Below are positions 21,151 through 30,879 of a DNA stretch of 64,000 nucleotides, piece by piece. The stretch spans positions 320,001 to 384,000 of the forward strand of contig CBDANF010000002.1 of NCBI GenBank assembly GCA_965197475.1, read 5' to 3'. Position 1 is the first letter of the stretch; each line of letters starts with the position of its first letter. The notes beneath the pieces were generated by a model. It had not been told where the DNA came from and did not search any database. It saw nothing but the letters and a program-made list of their open reading frames with translations. Made by a program: the position numbers and the translations under genes. The stretch is from Candidatus Poribacteria bacterium. GTDB lineage: Bacteria > Poribacteria > WGA-4E > WGA-3G.

Positions 21151-21428
21151 ACCCGATCCGCGATGGTAAAATATAGATCAGCATCGTCGCCTGTCCCTTT
21201 GTTCATGCATGTCTCTTCCCAAGTGGATACATTGGTCAGATTTAACTCGATGGAACCTGTGGATTGGGCACCTGCGACGGTCACAAGAAAAGTGACCGTG
21301 TCCCCATCTTCAGGTAGCCACGCATTAAACTCTGTTTCATTTAACGGTTCTATACAGACGTTTTGCGCGTGTGCAAACGGTAATAATGTAAACAATAAAA
21401 GCAAAATAGTGAGATAATAATTTTTCAT
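21151..21428 (-). pseudogene. 5' stub of secreted metalloprotease (cassette C), fused in frame to the guaB tail
   Basis: Signal peptide; NAWLPED, VSTWEETCMN, DADLYF match VSSWIGICMN..DPDLRF of the 15732 protease. Confidence 0.85.
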
Positions 21429-21478
21429 AAAATAAACCCCTAATTAATAATCTAAGGTATGACATTAACGATTGATGT

Positions 21479-22600
21479 TTATTGTGAATTGTCTATAGGC
21501 TCCAATTTTTTAGGGTTGTAAAATGAACGACCTTTTCGCTGTATAAATACCCCGTCTTGTGCTGTCGTAAGATGTGTATAGACTCCACCCCCCAACTGAC
21601 CGTATGAGTCTATTACAGATATGCTCTGATAGACTGCGACCGCTTTCTCCCATTCCCCAAGTGTCTCATAACAGGAGGCTAATCCAGCCTTTGATAATGA
21701 TTCGTGACGACTATCAAGTTGTATCGCTTTTTGGTAATGTGGGATGGCTAACTCAGGAGAATCCAGCTTTCTGTGGTATATATAACCAAGGATTGAATGG
21801 GAATTGGCATCGTTAGGGAACTTTGCTAACAACTTTTCATACGCATTTTTTTTATCTTCTATAGGTTCCCACGGAACGCAGCCTGTCCAAATAGACATCG
21901 CCTCTACAGAGTTTGGGTTTTCGCGCACGGCACGTTCAGCGTATTCAAGTCCGATGGTATGTGCAACACTTGCAGTCTCTTTGCTCAGATACTTTGCCGC
22001 TGTGAACGTATTTATACCCTCAAGCTTTATCTCATACTTTTTACGTATTCGCTCTTCTATTGAGAGATCGTAGGTATGTGAGATTGCTGCCATTCTCTTC
22101 TCTTGTTCTTTTGTAGTATAGAAAACCTTACCTTTGAATTCATACTGAGTGTCACCACCATCCGCGAAGGTGGCGAGTATCGGTTTTCCTTTCTGACTCT
22201 CACGCAGTATCTTTATATCTCTTCTAAACGGGTTTCCCCCTGGAGCAAATCTGGGGTCTTGAAAGTTGTGATTCGGGACACAAAATCCAGGTGTCCATAG
22301 CTGATCAGGGTTCTCGATCGCCTGTTTTTTACGAGCAAGCACTTCTGGGTCGCCACGGTTGGCTGCCACATCTGCTTTGAATTGTTCAATAAGATTCTCA
22401 AAACTCGGTTCGGGGAAAGGATCCAGTTTTGCCTGTTTGCGCGTGTTCGCTGCGACTGGTCCGTATTTAGATTGTTCGTTGTGATCGTCTGTCGGTTCAA
22501 TCCCTTTGAGGGCGTTTTTTTGTGCACATCCAGCGCATCCGCTTAATAGGATTATCACTGTAAGAAACACAGTTGTGAGGGTTTCTATGCGAAATAACAT
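21479..22600 (-). CDS. TPR-repeat lipoprotein, cassette C
   Basis: Lipobox LSGC; EPSFENLIEQFKADV, YAERAVRENPNSVEAM, LGEWEKAVAVYQ shared with cassettes B, F and G. Confidence 0.88.
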   Translation of the reverse strand: MLFRIETLTTVFLTVIILLSGCAGCAQKNALKGIEPTDDHNEQSKYGPVAANTRKQAKLDPFPEPSFENLIEQFKADVAANRGDPEVLARKKQAIENPDQLWTPGFCVPNHNFQDPRFAPGGNPFRRDIKILRESQKGKPILATFADGGDTQYEFKGKVFYTTKEQEKRMAAISHTYDLSIEERIRKKYEIKLEGINTFTAAKYLSKETASVAHTIGLEYAERAVRENPNSVEAMSIWTGCVPWEPIEDKKNAYEKLLAKFPNDANSHSILGYIYHRKLDSPELAIPHYQKAIQLDSRHESLSKAGLASCYETLGEWEKAVAVYQSISVIDSYGQLGGGVYTHLTTAQDGVFIQRKGRSFYNPKKLEPIDNSQ

Positions 22601-22724
22601 TTTGATTCTCCTTTTTGCCTGGCTTGCTGAGTCTCAACAATTTATGTAACAAGGTTAGCGACCGTATAGTTCGGTGCTTCCTCCGTAATATCAATATCGT
22701 GCGGATGGCTTTCTCGGTAACCAC
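22601..22724 (-). repeat. guaB 3' tail copy 4 (83 bp, 22642..22724) plus RBS spacer
   Basis: GYRESHPHDIDITEEAPNYTVANLVT*; same junction as copy 1. Confidence 0.9.
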
Positions 22725-22834
22725 CCATTATACGCATCCAAATTCGCTGACTTTATAGAAACACTCGGTGGACCATCCGCAGCGGACGGATTCAGCACAC
22801 TAAACAATGTCAAAACAGAAATGCGATATTTCAT
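22725..22834 (-). pseudogene. 5' stub of secreted partner protein (cassette B)
   Basis: Near-identical to 17007..17116 (offset 5718). Confidence 0.75.
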
Positions 22835-23949
22835 TTGTCATATCCTTCTTGTATTAATTCTATAAGTGAATACCCTTTTCGTTGCTTCCGAATCTTATCT
22901 TTTGCTATATCCAACTCACTATCCAACTTATATATCCGCAATGGACTTGGTTGGAAAAAATAATCCATTCCCTGATAGGCAGCAACGGCTTTCTCCCATT
23001 CCCCAAGTGTGAAATAGCATATCGCTAACAAGTCATTCGTTTTGGCAATACGACTGTCTAACTGACAAGATTTTTGCATATGAACCAGTGCAGCCTCCGG
23101 GTCATCTTTCTCGTAGTAATAGTGCCACGCGATTAGCTCGTGAGCAAACGCATCGTTGGGGAACTTTGAAAGCAGCTGTTGGTATGCCTCAATCTTTTGA
23201 TCTTCAGGATGGCATTTGACCCAAATACGCATCGCTTCAACAGAGTTCGGATGCTCACGCATCGCACGCTCCGCATATTCAATGCCGATAATTTTTGTGC
23301 TGGGATGATCAGGATCATTGAATTGACTCAAATATTTTGCTGCTGTGAGTGTGTCTATTCCTTCAAATGTAATCACATACTGTTCTCGGTAATAGTCAAC
23401 ATCCGCTCTTGAGTTCGGATTCGCATTATGCCAGTTTTGGCGCGCAGCATCCTTCCTTTCCTTTTGCTCTTTTGTGATGTAGATAACTTTGCCCGCAAAA
23501 GGATACACTTCTTTGTCATGATCATAGACCCCGCGTATAGGTTTTCCTTTTTCAGAATAAGAGCGGACTTTTATCTTATCGCGTGTTGGATTGTAGCCCG
23601 GCAGTCTTGGGATTTCATCGGAATTTAGTGTGGGGGGCACCTCAAATCCGATGCCATCCCACAGTATATCGGGGTTGGCAATTGCTTTTCTTTTGCGTTT
23701 GAGCATCTCTGGGTCCCCCTTATTTTCAGTGACATCTGCTTTGAACTGTTCTATCAGTCTCTCAAAACTCGGTTCAACAATGGTTAGTTTTACGGGCTTT
23801 CGGCTATTCGCCGCGACGGGTCCGTGTTCTGCTTGGTTATACGGATCTGCGTGTTCGGGCACAGTTTCCACGTCACAGCCACTGTAGCCTGCAAGCAGGA
23901 TAACGGTTAGCATCAGTCCGGTTGTGAGGGTATCAATACGAAATTTCAT
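22831..23949 (-). CDS. TPR-repeat lipoprotein, cassette B (mosaic of G and F)
   Basis: Start MKFRIDT at 23949; N-terminus identical to cassette G, remainder nearly identical to F except a central segment. Confidence 0.88.
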   Translation of the reverse strand: MKFRIDTLTTGLMLTVILLAGYSGCDVETVPEHADPYNQAEHGPVAANSRKPVKLTIVEPSFERLIEQFKADVTENKGDPEMLKRKRKAIANPDILWDGIGFEVPPTLNSDEIPRLPGYNPTRDKIKVRSYSEKGKPIRGVYDHDKEVYPFAGKVIYITKEQKERKDAARQNWHNANPNSRADVDYYREQYVITFEGIDTLTAAKYLSQFNDPDHPSTKIIGIEYAERAMREHPNSVEAMRIWVKCHPEDQKIEAYQQLLSKFPNDAFAHELIAWHYYYEKDDPEAALVHMQKSCQLDSRIAKTNDLLAICYFTLGEWEKAVAAYQGMDYFFQPSPLRIYKLDSELDIAKDKIRKQRKGYSLIELIQEGYDK

Positions 23950-24109
23950 CAGTTTTCTCCTTTTGCTTGACTTGCTGAGTCTCAACAATTTATGTGTTCA
24001 GGTTAGCGACCGTATAGTTCGGTGCTTCCTCCGTAATATCAATATCGTGCGAATGGCTTTCTCGGTAACCACTGCTTGACATGCGGACAAATTGGACATC
24101 TCTGCGTAA
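23950..24109 (-). repeat. guaB 3' tail copy 5 (120 bp, 23990..24109) plus RBS spacer
   Basis: LRRDVQFVRMSSSGYRESHSHDIDITEEAPNYTVANLNT*. Confidence 0.92.
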
Positions 24110-24514
24110 TGTCTGTCTCGAACCGCTTCGGTTATCTTCTTCTCGGAAAAAGAGATCTACTGATCTACCGGTGTCATCGTCCCCGTTAGCATTCATGCAG
24201 ATGCCAGGCCACTCAGAAGAATCAAGAGTAAACGTATACGTCACAGAATCAATTCGGACAGATTGTCCTGTTTTAGTTTCCCCCTTAAGTGTTGCCACAA
24301 ACTCTGCGTTTGTCTTATATTCAGGTCGCCAATCTGCCCATGTTGTTGGAGACGCCGGTTCAAGGTTCAGCTCGAATGTCGGCGTATTGGCATTTCCGTT
24401 TGCCTCTGCCGAGCCAACAGGTAAGTAAAACGGTAAACAAATAACCAATGTTAACAGTATCAATGAAATAATAACATTCTTTCGCATAATATTCTCCTTA
24501 ATTGATGTCATCAA
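24110..24514 (-). pseudogene. 5' stub of secreted metalloprotease (cassette A), fused in frame to the guaB tail
   Basis: Signal peptide; WADWRPE, YTFTL, WPGICMN, DLFFR match WEDWRPA, YTFTL, YPGFCMN, DIYFR of 27505..29385. Confidence 0.85.
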
Positions 24515-24521
24515 CTTCTCT

Positions 24522-25529
24522 CTAACGCCGCAGTGGTGTCGGCAGATGGGGACCGAGGATCGGTAGTCCAGCCTTTCTTATCTTTTCACGCACGTCCTCA
24601 CCTTTGCCCCCACTGTTCACAACATCTTCCGCTGTAAGGAACAACGAACTGATCGCACCGATGATGTAAGAAGGTTGTGAGGTTGCCACCGCATATTGAT
24701 GTGAACGCCGGAACGATGCTAATGCCTTTTGGTAATCGCCCATTTGATAATAACACATCCCCTCAAGTCCTAATGGAAGATAACGCGGGTCTAATTCTTG
24801 TGCTTTTTGTGCATAACCGAGTGCCTCTTGCGGATTCGTTCCTAAAATACATTTAGCAAGTCTATGCAGGACCCACGGATGGTTTGGATTCATTTCATAC
24901 AAACGACGGGTCGCTGCCGTTTTTTCTTCACCATAAGGGTTTGCCAAATTTCCACCTGCGAGCACCCACAGCAGCAAGGTATCAAAATCATCAGGATTTT
25001 CGGCATACGCAAGGTTTATTAAATTGCTCACTCTGTGATCAATCGATCCACTTAGTTCAATGTCCAGCTGCGCGGATGCGACAAGACCATATTCCCGAAA
25101 ATATTGAAGGGCTATTTCATCAGACTCTTTAGCAGTTATCGTCTTTTGTCTTCCGGCTTTAAGCAATTTTCTTGATATTTCCACGCGATTTATCCACCAC
25201 TCAATAGGAACAACGATTGGGTCCCATGGCAAAGGAATGCCAGCTTCATTTTTACGCGATATCTCAATGTATTCAATACCTTTTAGGGACTTAAGGTAAT
25301 CCAAATCACTGAAGTTCTTTGGAGATAATTTTGCGGTTTTTCCGCGTGGTTTGGGTTTTGTCCCATTTTGCTTTACTCCGGATAACTTAGGCACCCTATC
25401 TGGTGTTGATTGATTCGGTGGTGTGATAGGTGTATCGGGATCCGTTTTTTGTCCGCAACCAGAGCAACCACCGAGTAGTATTACCACTATCAAAAGTAAA
25501 ATTGCGAGGTTTTCAATACGAAGTTTCAT
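24522..25529 (-). CDS. TPR-repeat lipoprotein, cassette A
   Basis: Lipobox LGGC; ENPDDFDTLLLW, ALGYAQKAQELDP, GMCYYQMGDYQKALASF. Confidence 0.88.
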   Translation of the reverse strand: MKLRIENLAILLLIVVILLGGCSGCGQKTDPDTPITPPNQSTPDRVPKLSGVKQNGTKPKPRGKTAKLSPKNFSDLDYLKSLKGIEYIEISRKNEAGIPLPWDPIVVPIEWWINRVEISRKLLKAGRQKTITAKESDEIALQYFREYGLVASAQLDIELSGSIDHRVSNLINLAYAENPDDFDTLLLWVLAGGNLANPYGEEKTAATRRLYEMNPNHPWVLHRLAKCILGTNPQEALGYAQKAQELDPRYLPLGLEGMCYYQMGDYQKALASFRRSHQYAVATSQPSYIIGAISSLFLTAEDVVNSGGKGEDVREKIRKAGLPILGPHLPTPLRR

Positions 25530-25797
25530 TGTTTTCTCCCTTGGCTTGACTTACTGAGTCTCAACAATTTATGTGTTCAGGTTAGCGACCGTATAGTTCG
25601 GTGCTTCCTCCGTAATATCAATGTCGTGGGGATGGCTTTCTCGGTAACCGCTGCTTGACATACGGACAAATTGGACATCTCTGCGTAACGACTCAATATC
25701 TGGTGTGCCGCAATATCCCATAGCGGAACGAATCCCACCTACTAACTGATAGACAAAATTGCTCAGTTTGCCTTTATGAGGCACTCGACCTTCAATA
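25530..25797 (-). repeat. guaB 3' tail copy 6 (229 bp, 25569..25797) plus RBS spacer
   Basis: Same extent and junction as copy 2 (offset 7306) but ends TVANLNT*. Confidence 0.95.
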
Positions 25798-25931
25798 ACA
25801 CGCCATCACCTATTTTAGCACCAATACGCACAGTGTGCAAGCGTTTTGACGTGTGTTCAAGGATAAATGCTTTTGTGTCTGCAGCATCCGCAGCGACAGA
25901 ATTTTGTTTGTGTTTTTCATTTGTATTTTAC
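25798..25931 (-). pseudogene. Internal fragment of a GspC-like gene (second copy)
   Basis: Near-identical to 18492..18625. Confidence 0.75.
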
Positions 25932-25932
25932 A

Positions 25933-26063
25933 CTTCTCGGATCTTCGGGGTACTGAACTGTTAATTTCTTCTTAGGGATGTGTTTTAACGTTGTGAACAT
26001 CCCCTTAATCAACGCTGGGATATAGAGTCTATCCCAAAATGACATCTCTTCGTTAACTCTCAT
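25933..26063 (-). pseudogene. nuoI: nuoI 5' stub
   Basis: MRVNEEMSFWDRLYIPALIKG...TVQYPEDPR, then breaks into the GspC-like fragment. Confidence 0.9.
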
Positions 26064-27700
26064 AAACGGAATTCCTTTCTGATTATAACTTTCACAAAAT
26101 TAATTCTTTCCTACACGTTCTCTCGTGTTTGCGCGATACGCGCGGTATCACCTGCCAACGCAGGTATTAGTAGACACACGATTTTCAATCGATTTTACAT
26201 AAAACTTCAGTAGTCGTTATTCTTTTGCTGTTGCTGTCGCTATGTTTGAAGCTCCACCTTCGCCCTCACTATTCACAGCTCGCACTTGGAAGCCATAAAG
26301 TTCACCGCCTGTACGTTCGGTTACCGTTACAAAAGTATATGTTCCGACTGTAGAGAACCACGATGTCCAAGCACTCCATCCCGAACTATAGTATCTCCGA
26401 AACCGCGCCTCATAACCGGTAATCGCAGTGCCCCCATCATCGCTTGGCGCATCCCAAGACAGATATACCGCGCCGACTATTGTACTATGTGTTGAAGCTC
26501 TGAGATTAGTCGGCGCACCCGGCACAGTCGTAGATGATTGTGGCGTGACAGTGACTTTAGACGATTCTGGACCTGACCCAGAACTATTCACTGCACGCAC
26601 TTTAAACGCATAAACCGTGCCATTCGTTAAGCCCGTTAGCGGAACGGACGTGCTGCTACCGTTGTCCGTGGATGCCCAAGATCTCCAAGAACCATCGTCA
26701 TCGGTATCTCTGCGATATTCGTAACCTGTAATCGCACCTCCACCATCTGAGGATGGCGTATCCCAAGATAACGTGACCTGTCCATCACCTGCGGTTGCCT
26801 GTAGATTCTGAGGCGCACCTGGTGTTGATATTAATGGTAATTGCGGTGTGCCGGTGGCAATATCTGATTCTGAACCTGCTGCACCCACGCTATTCACCGC
26901 ACGCACACGGAACTCATATAGGGTGTCATTCGTGAGACCCGTTACGGTTTCCGATAAATCTATCCCCGCGGATGTCCATGAACCGAAATCGCCGCTGCTC
27001 CCTTCGCGATAACTGTATTCGTAATCGGTAATTATTAAACCCCCATTTGAATTGGGAGCATCCCAGTAAAGTGACACTTCACCATCACCCGCGGTTGCGT
27101 TTAGATTTTGCGGCGCACTCGGTATAGTGGCTGGCGTTGCATAAGCTGTCCTTGATTCGGTACTTTCACCCGCGCTATTCACAGCTCGTATCCGGAACTT
27201 GTATCCCGTGCCGTTGGTCAATCCAAAAACCGAATTAAGAGTGTTGGTATTACCCCACGATGTCCATGATGAACCGAAACTTTGAGAGGTGCGGCTATAT
27301 TGGTATTCGTAATCGCTAATATCCGCACCGCCATCATCGCTTGGTGCTGTCCAAGATAGACTGACCCACCCATTGTAACCGTAGCCACTCAAACTTGTGG
27401 GGGCACTAGGCACCGTCGCAGGCGTTGATTCTAAAGACTCGGTAGCGGCACTTGCACTCTCACCATTCATCGCTTTCACCTGGAACTTAAAGTCGTCCCG
27501 TTCGTTAACCCCAAAACATCAAAAAATGTGTTCGACCCCGCGGGTATCCAAAGACTCCATATTGAAAATGGCACATCCACGCGATACCGGTATTTGTAAC
27601 CGGTAGTCGTACCACCGCCAGCAGTCCAGGAAAGACGGACTTGACCATCCCCATAAGACGCACTAAAATTTGTCGGTGTATCTGGTGGCGCGGTGTCTGT
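25933..27700. repeat. 1768-bp near-identical direct repeat, copy 2
   Basis: Matches 11973..13740; ORF 26217..27479 translates identically to 12257..13519. Confidence 0.95.
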
Positions 27701-29385
27701 GCCTGACCATCAGTCCCAGTGCCATTGTCGTTATCTTCATCGTTGTCTAGTTCCCATTGTGGCTTGGTTTTACGGGGCGGATCCAGCAACGGCTTGGCAA
27801 GATGTGCTGCACGAACATCGGGGGCAACGAATTGGTATTCACTGTTATGGAAGTCGGGGTACTCTTTGCTCCCTTCGTAACCGGACATGTAGGAAGAGGC
27901 AGCCGCGTTATATCCCTTATTAGAATACTCGCCAACGACGTGAGGATCACCGTAATCCATTATGGTTTCACCAGGTCTATTAAAAAGGAACGTTCCCAAC
28001 GCACCACCAACTCTATCTGTTAACCAAGGATGATACAAGTTGATACCGTGTCCAAGTTCATGACCAATATAACGTTTTATCATTTCAGAGGTGGTTGGTA
28101 ATGCCTTATTCGGTTCATGTTCTTCCATCTCCGCAACAGCAGCTTTATTTCGTTCTTTGATGTATTCATGAAAAATGTAGACATATAACACCTGATGACA
28201 TGGACCGACAACCGGTTCAATAATACCATATATTCCAACATAATCTGTCCCGTTTGAGTGTGTGTAACTACCGTTTGCGTTCTCATGCTTTCTGACCCAG
28301 AGGTCGCGCTGTTTTACGACTTGTAAGGCGTTACCGCAACTTCGAGAATTCATAACACATGGATCCCCTTGAACGTCTATCACGGGATTCCCTTGAGCGT
28401 CCATCACATCATTCCCTTGAGCGTCTTTCTTTATGGGATCATTCATTTCCGCAAACAGGATTTGGTGAGTTGTTATGATATCATCAGGTAGGTTACTTGC
28501 ATAACCGATGCCCTCATCAAACTCGGAATGGATAAAGAGGTCTTTCTTCCTTGAATCCGTGCGGATATGCTCGCCTTGGACGATGAAACCACGATATTCT
28601 TCAAGCACGGTGAAACCATCACCGCGGAAAGTATTGTTGCCGGGACCGGTTTCTTCATCTGCCCACGGGTCATAATCGTGTATCGCGTCGTCTTGCCACC
28701 CATCGGCGATGTCGTTGCCATTATTGTCTTTGGGAATCGAAAGACTGTCGTTTGCTGAGGTGTTATTGCTTGGGGTGCCATCTTCCTCTTCGCCTTCTGC
28801 ATCTTCCTTATCGTTGAGGCTTACAAAACCATCAAGTATGCCGTGTCCACCATAGTCATCAACGTAAAGATATATGGAAATACCTGTATGAGGTGTTTTG
28901 CAGGTAACCGTCAGGATCGGCCCATTCGTCCCGCTAACCCGATACTTTAATTGATCAGTGTCTGCGGGTTGGTCTGTTTGACGAAAGTAAATATCCTTTT
29001 GAGAGTCGGACTGATCGCCTTTATTCATGCAGAAACCTGGGTAATCGGAAACATTATTTCGCAGCGTAAAAGTGTAGGAAGTTGATGTGATGGCATCAGT
29101 CTCCTCTGAACCCGCAATGATATAGGCAGAAATAGTAAGGACTGTTTTCTGGGCCGGTCTCCAGTCCTCCCACGTAATATTTTCAAATTCACCATCGGAT
29201 TCCTTAGCCGCAGTGGGGTGAAGTTTTAGTTTGTAAGTGTCATCACCATTTGCTGCACAAGGCTGCTGAGAAATGACTAAACTGATAACGACGATAGGTA
29301 ACAAAGTCAAGATAAGATATTGAGGGTATTGGTTAAATAATGATGCAAGAATTAGCGGGATACCCTCTGAACCGCGCTGCATCAT
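26217..29385 (-). pseudogene. Second metzincin-like metalloprotease allele joined out of frame to the duplicated FN3 stalk
   Basis: HELGHGINLYH and TIMDY; IPKDNNGNDIADGW, GDGFTVLEEYRGF; frame breaks near 27700 and 27490. Confidence 0.82.
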
Positions 29386-29577
29386 ATTTCAGTTGCGGTA
29401 ATGATAACACTTACTGATATTTCTCAGAATAGTCTTGAACCTAATAATAATCAATAGAAACAAGGTATAGCACCATGAAAATGCGTTTTTGCTGTGTCCA
29501 TTTTCCTTGACTTTTATAGCATGAGATAGCATCCTAATTACAGATTTGAATATAAACAAACATTAGGAGGATATCTC

Positions 29578-30732
29578 ATGCTAACTCAGCTTATCAAATC
29601 TACCACTTTTTTTCAAGAACTTCTATCTTCACAGTTTCGGACCTTGAAACAGCATTTTGTTCATACCTTAGTGTTTTTGTCAACCTGCCATCTGTTTGGG
29701 CTCACTAACCCGGATCAAGTGGCGGATGCGTTGTCTATTCCGAAAACGAGGCTATATCGGGAACTGAACACGATGAGTCTTTATCTCTGGCAGCATCTTT
29801 TTGTGCGTATCGGGTGTTCTATTGCGTTAGAGGTGCTACAGGAGGCAGTATCAAAAAGTGCTGCTTCTCTATCGCGTCTGTGTATCGTCATCAGTGTGGA
29901 TGATACCTTTGTTTTCCGCTATGGAGAGGGTCTCGCCTACACATCCAATTGGTGGTCTTCTCAAGCAAAACAGCCGATGAAGGGGCAAAATATATTGGGG
30001 ATCGTTCTAAAGATTGGAAAACGGATCATTCCCCTGAATATGCGACTGATCAGCAAACAAGGCCGCGGGAATACGGATAAACCCTCTTGTGTCATCACTA
30101 TGTTCAAGGAAGTGGTGTCCTTCTTTGAAGAGACCGGAATAGATATTCGAAACTATCCGGTCACCTTTGATTCGTGGTATGGTAGCCGCCACTTGATTGA
30201 CACCTTGCGAGAAATGGGATTTGAAACGATCCTTGTGCACGGAAAAAGCAACTATGTGATGACGATTGATGAAAAAAGGGCGAAACTCTCGGAACATAAA
30301 AAGTCGATCCAACTCCTTTCCAATCAATGGGGGTGCGATAAACCGGTCTATCGGACTAAAGCCACAAGTCCAACTTTTGGAAAAGTAGTGGTGTTGTTCT
30401 TGGCAGACCGTGGCAAAGTCCGAACAATGCTCGTATTCGGGAAACCGCTGCGTGCGTGTGAAATCCTACGGATATGGTCTCAACACCACGGTATAGAACA
30501 GTATTGGCGGTATCTAAAAACAGACCTAAACCTTGCATCCATGAGCCTAAAAGGACGGAATGGCGCGTATGTGAACTTAGGTGTGAAAGTGATGAGCTAC
30601 CTTTTGATACAGCAGGTCAGTCGCTCCGTGCGAAAAACCTTTCATCAAGGACAACTTGAACTTTCAGGACAGAGGCAGATGCTGTCTGATCTCAGCGAGC
30701 ATTTTCATGAACAAATACCAAGAAAACATTGA
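29578..30732 (+). mobile_element. IS701-like DDE transposase
   Basis: ISVDDT, VTFDSWY, HHGIEQYWRYLK (DDE with R/KxxIExxxRxxK-type signature); AGGAGG RBS. Confidence 0.8.
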
Positions 30733-30785
30733 TAAACATTGACATATGAAGAATTTTGATAAATATCAGACTTATAACGAGAGTT

Positions 30786-30818
30786 GTCAATGAAAAAATC
30801 AGACTGATTTTCATTGAC
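30786..30818. other. Strong hairpin between the two transposases
   Basis: GTCAATGAA aa AATCAG a CTGATT TTCATTGAC. Confidence 0.55.
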
Positions 30819-30879
30819 TTATATGCCTAAAACCTGTATCCTCATTGAAACAACTCATTTCTACTCACAGGAGGATACC

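Noticed and set aside
16884-25797. CRISPR array or integron attC cassettes
   Set aside because: The repeats are protein-coding guaB sequence of variable length separated by >1 kb genes; no attC-like palindrome, cas gene or integron integrase is seen.
12257-29385. Diversity-generating retroelement
   Set aside because: No reverse transcriptase in the window, and differences between repeats are not adenine-specific.
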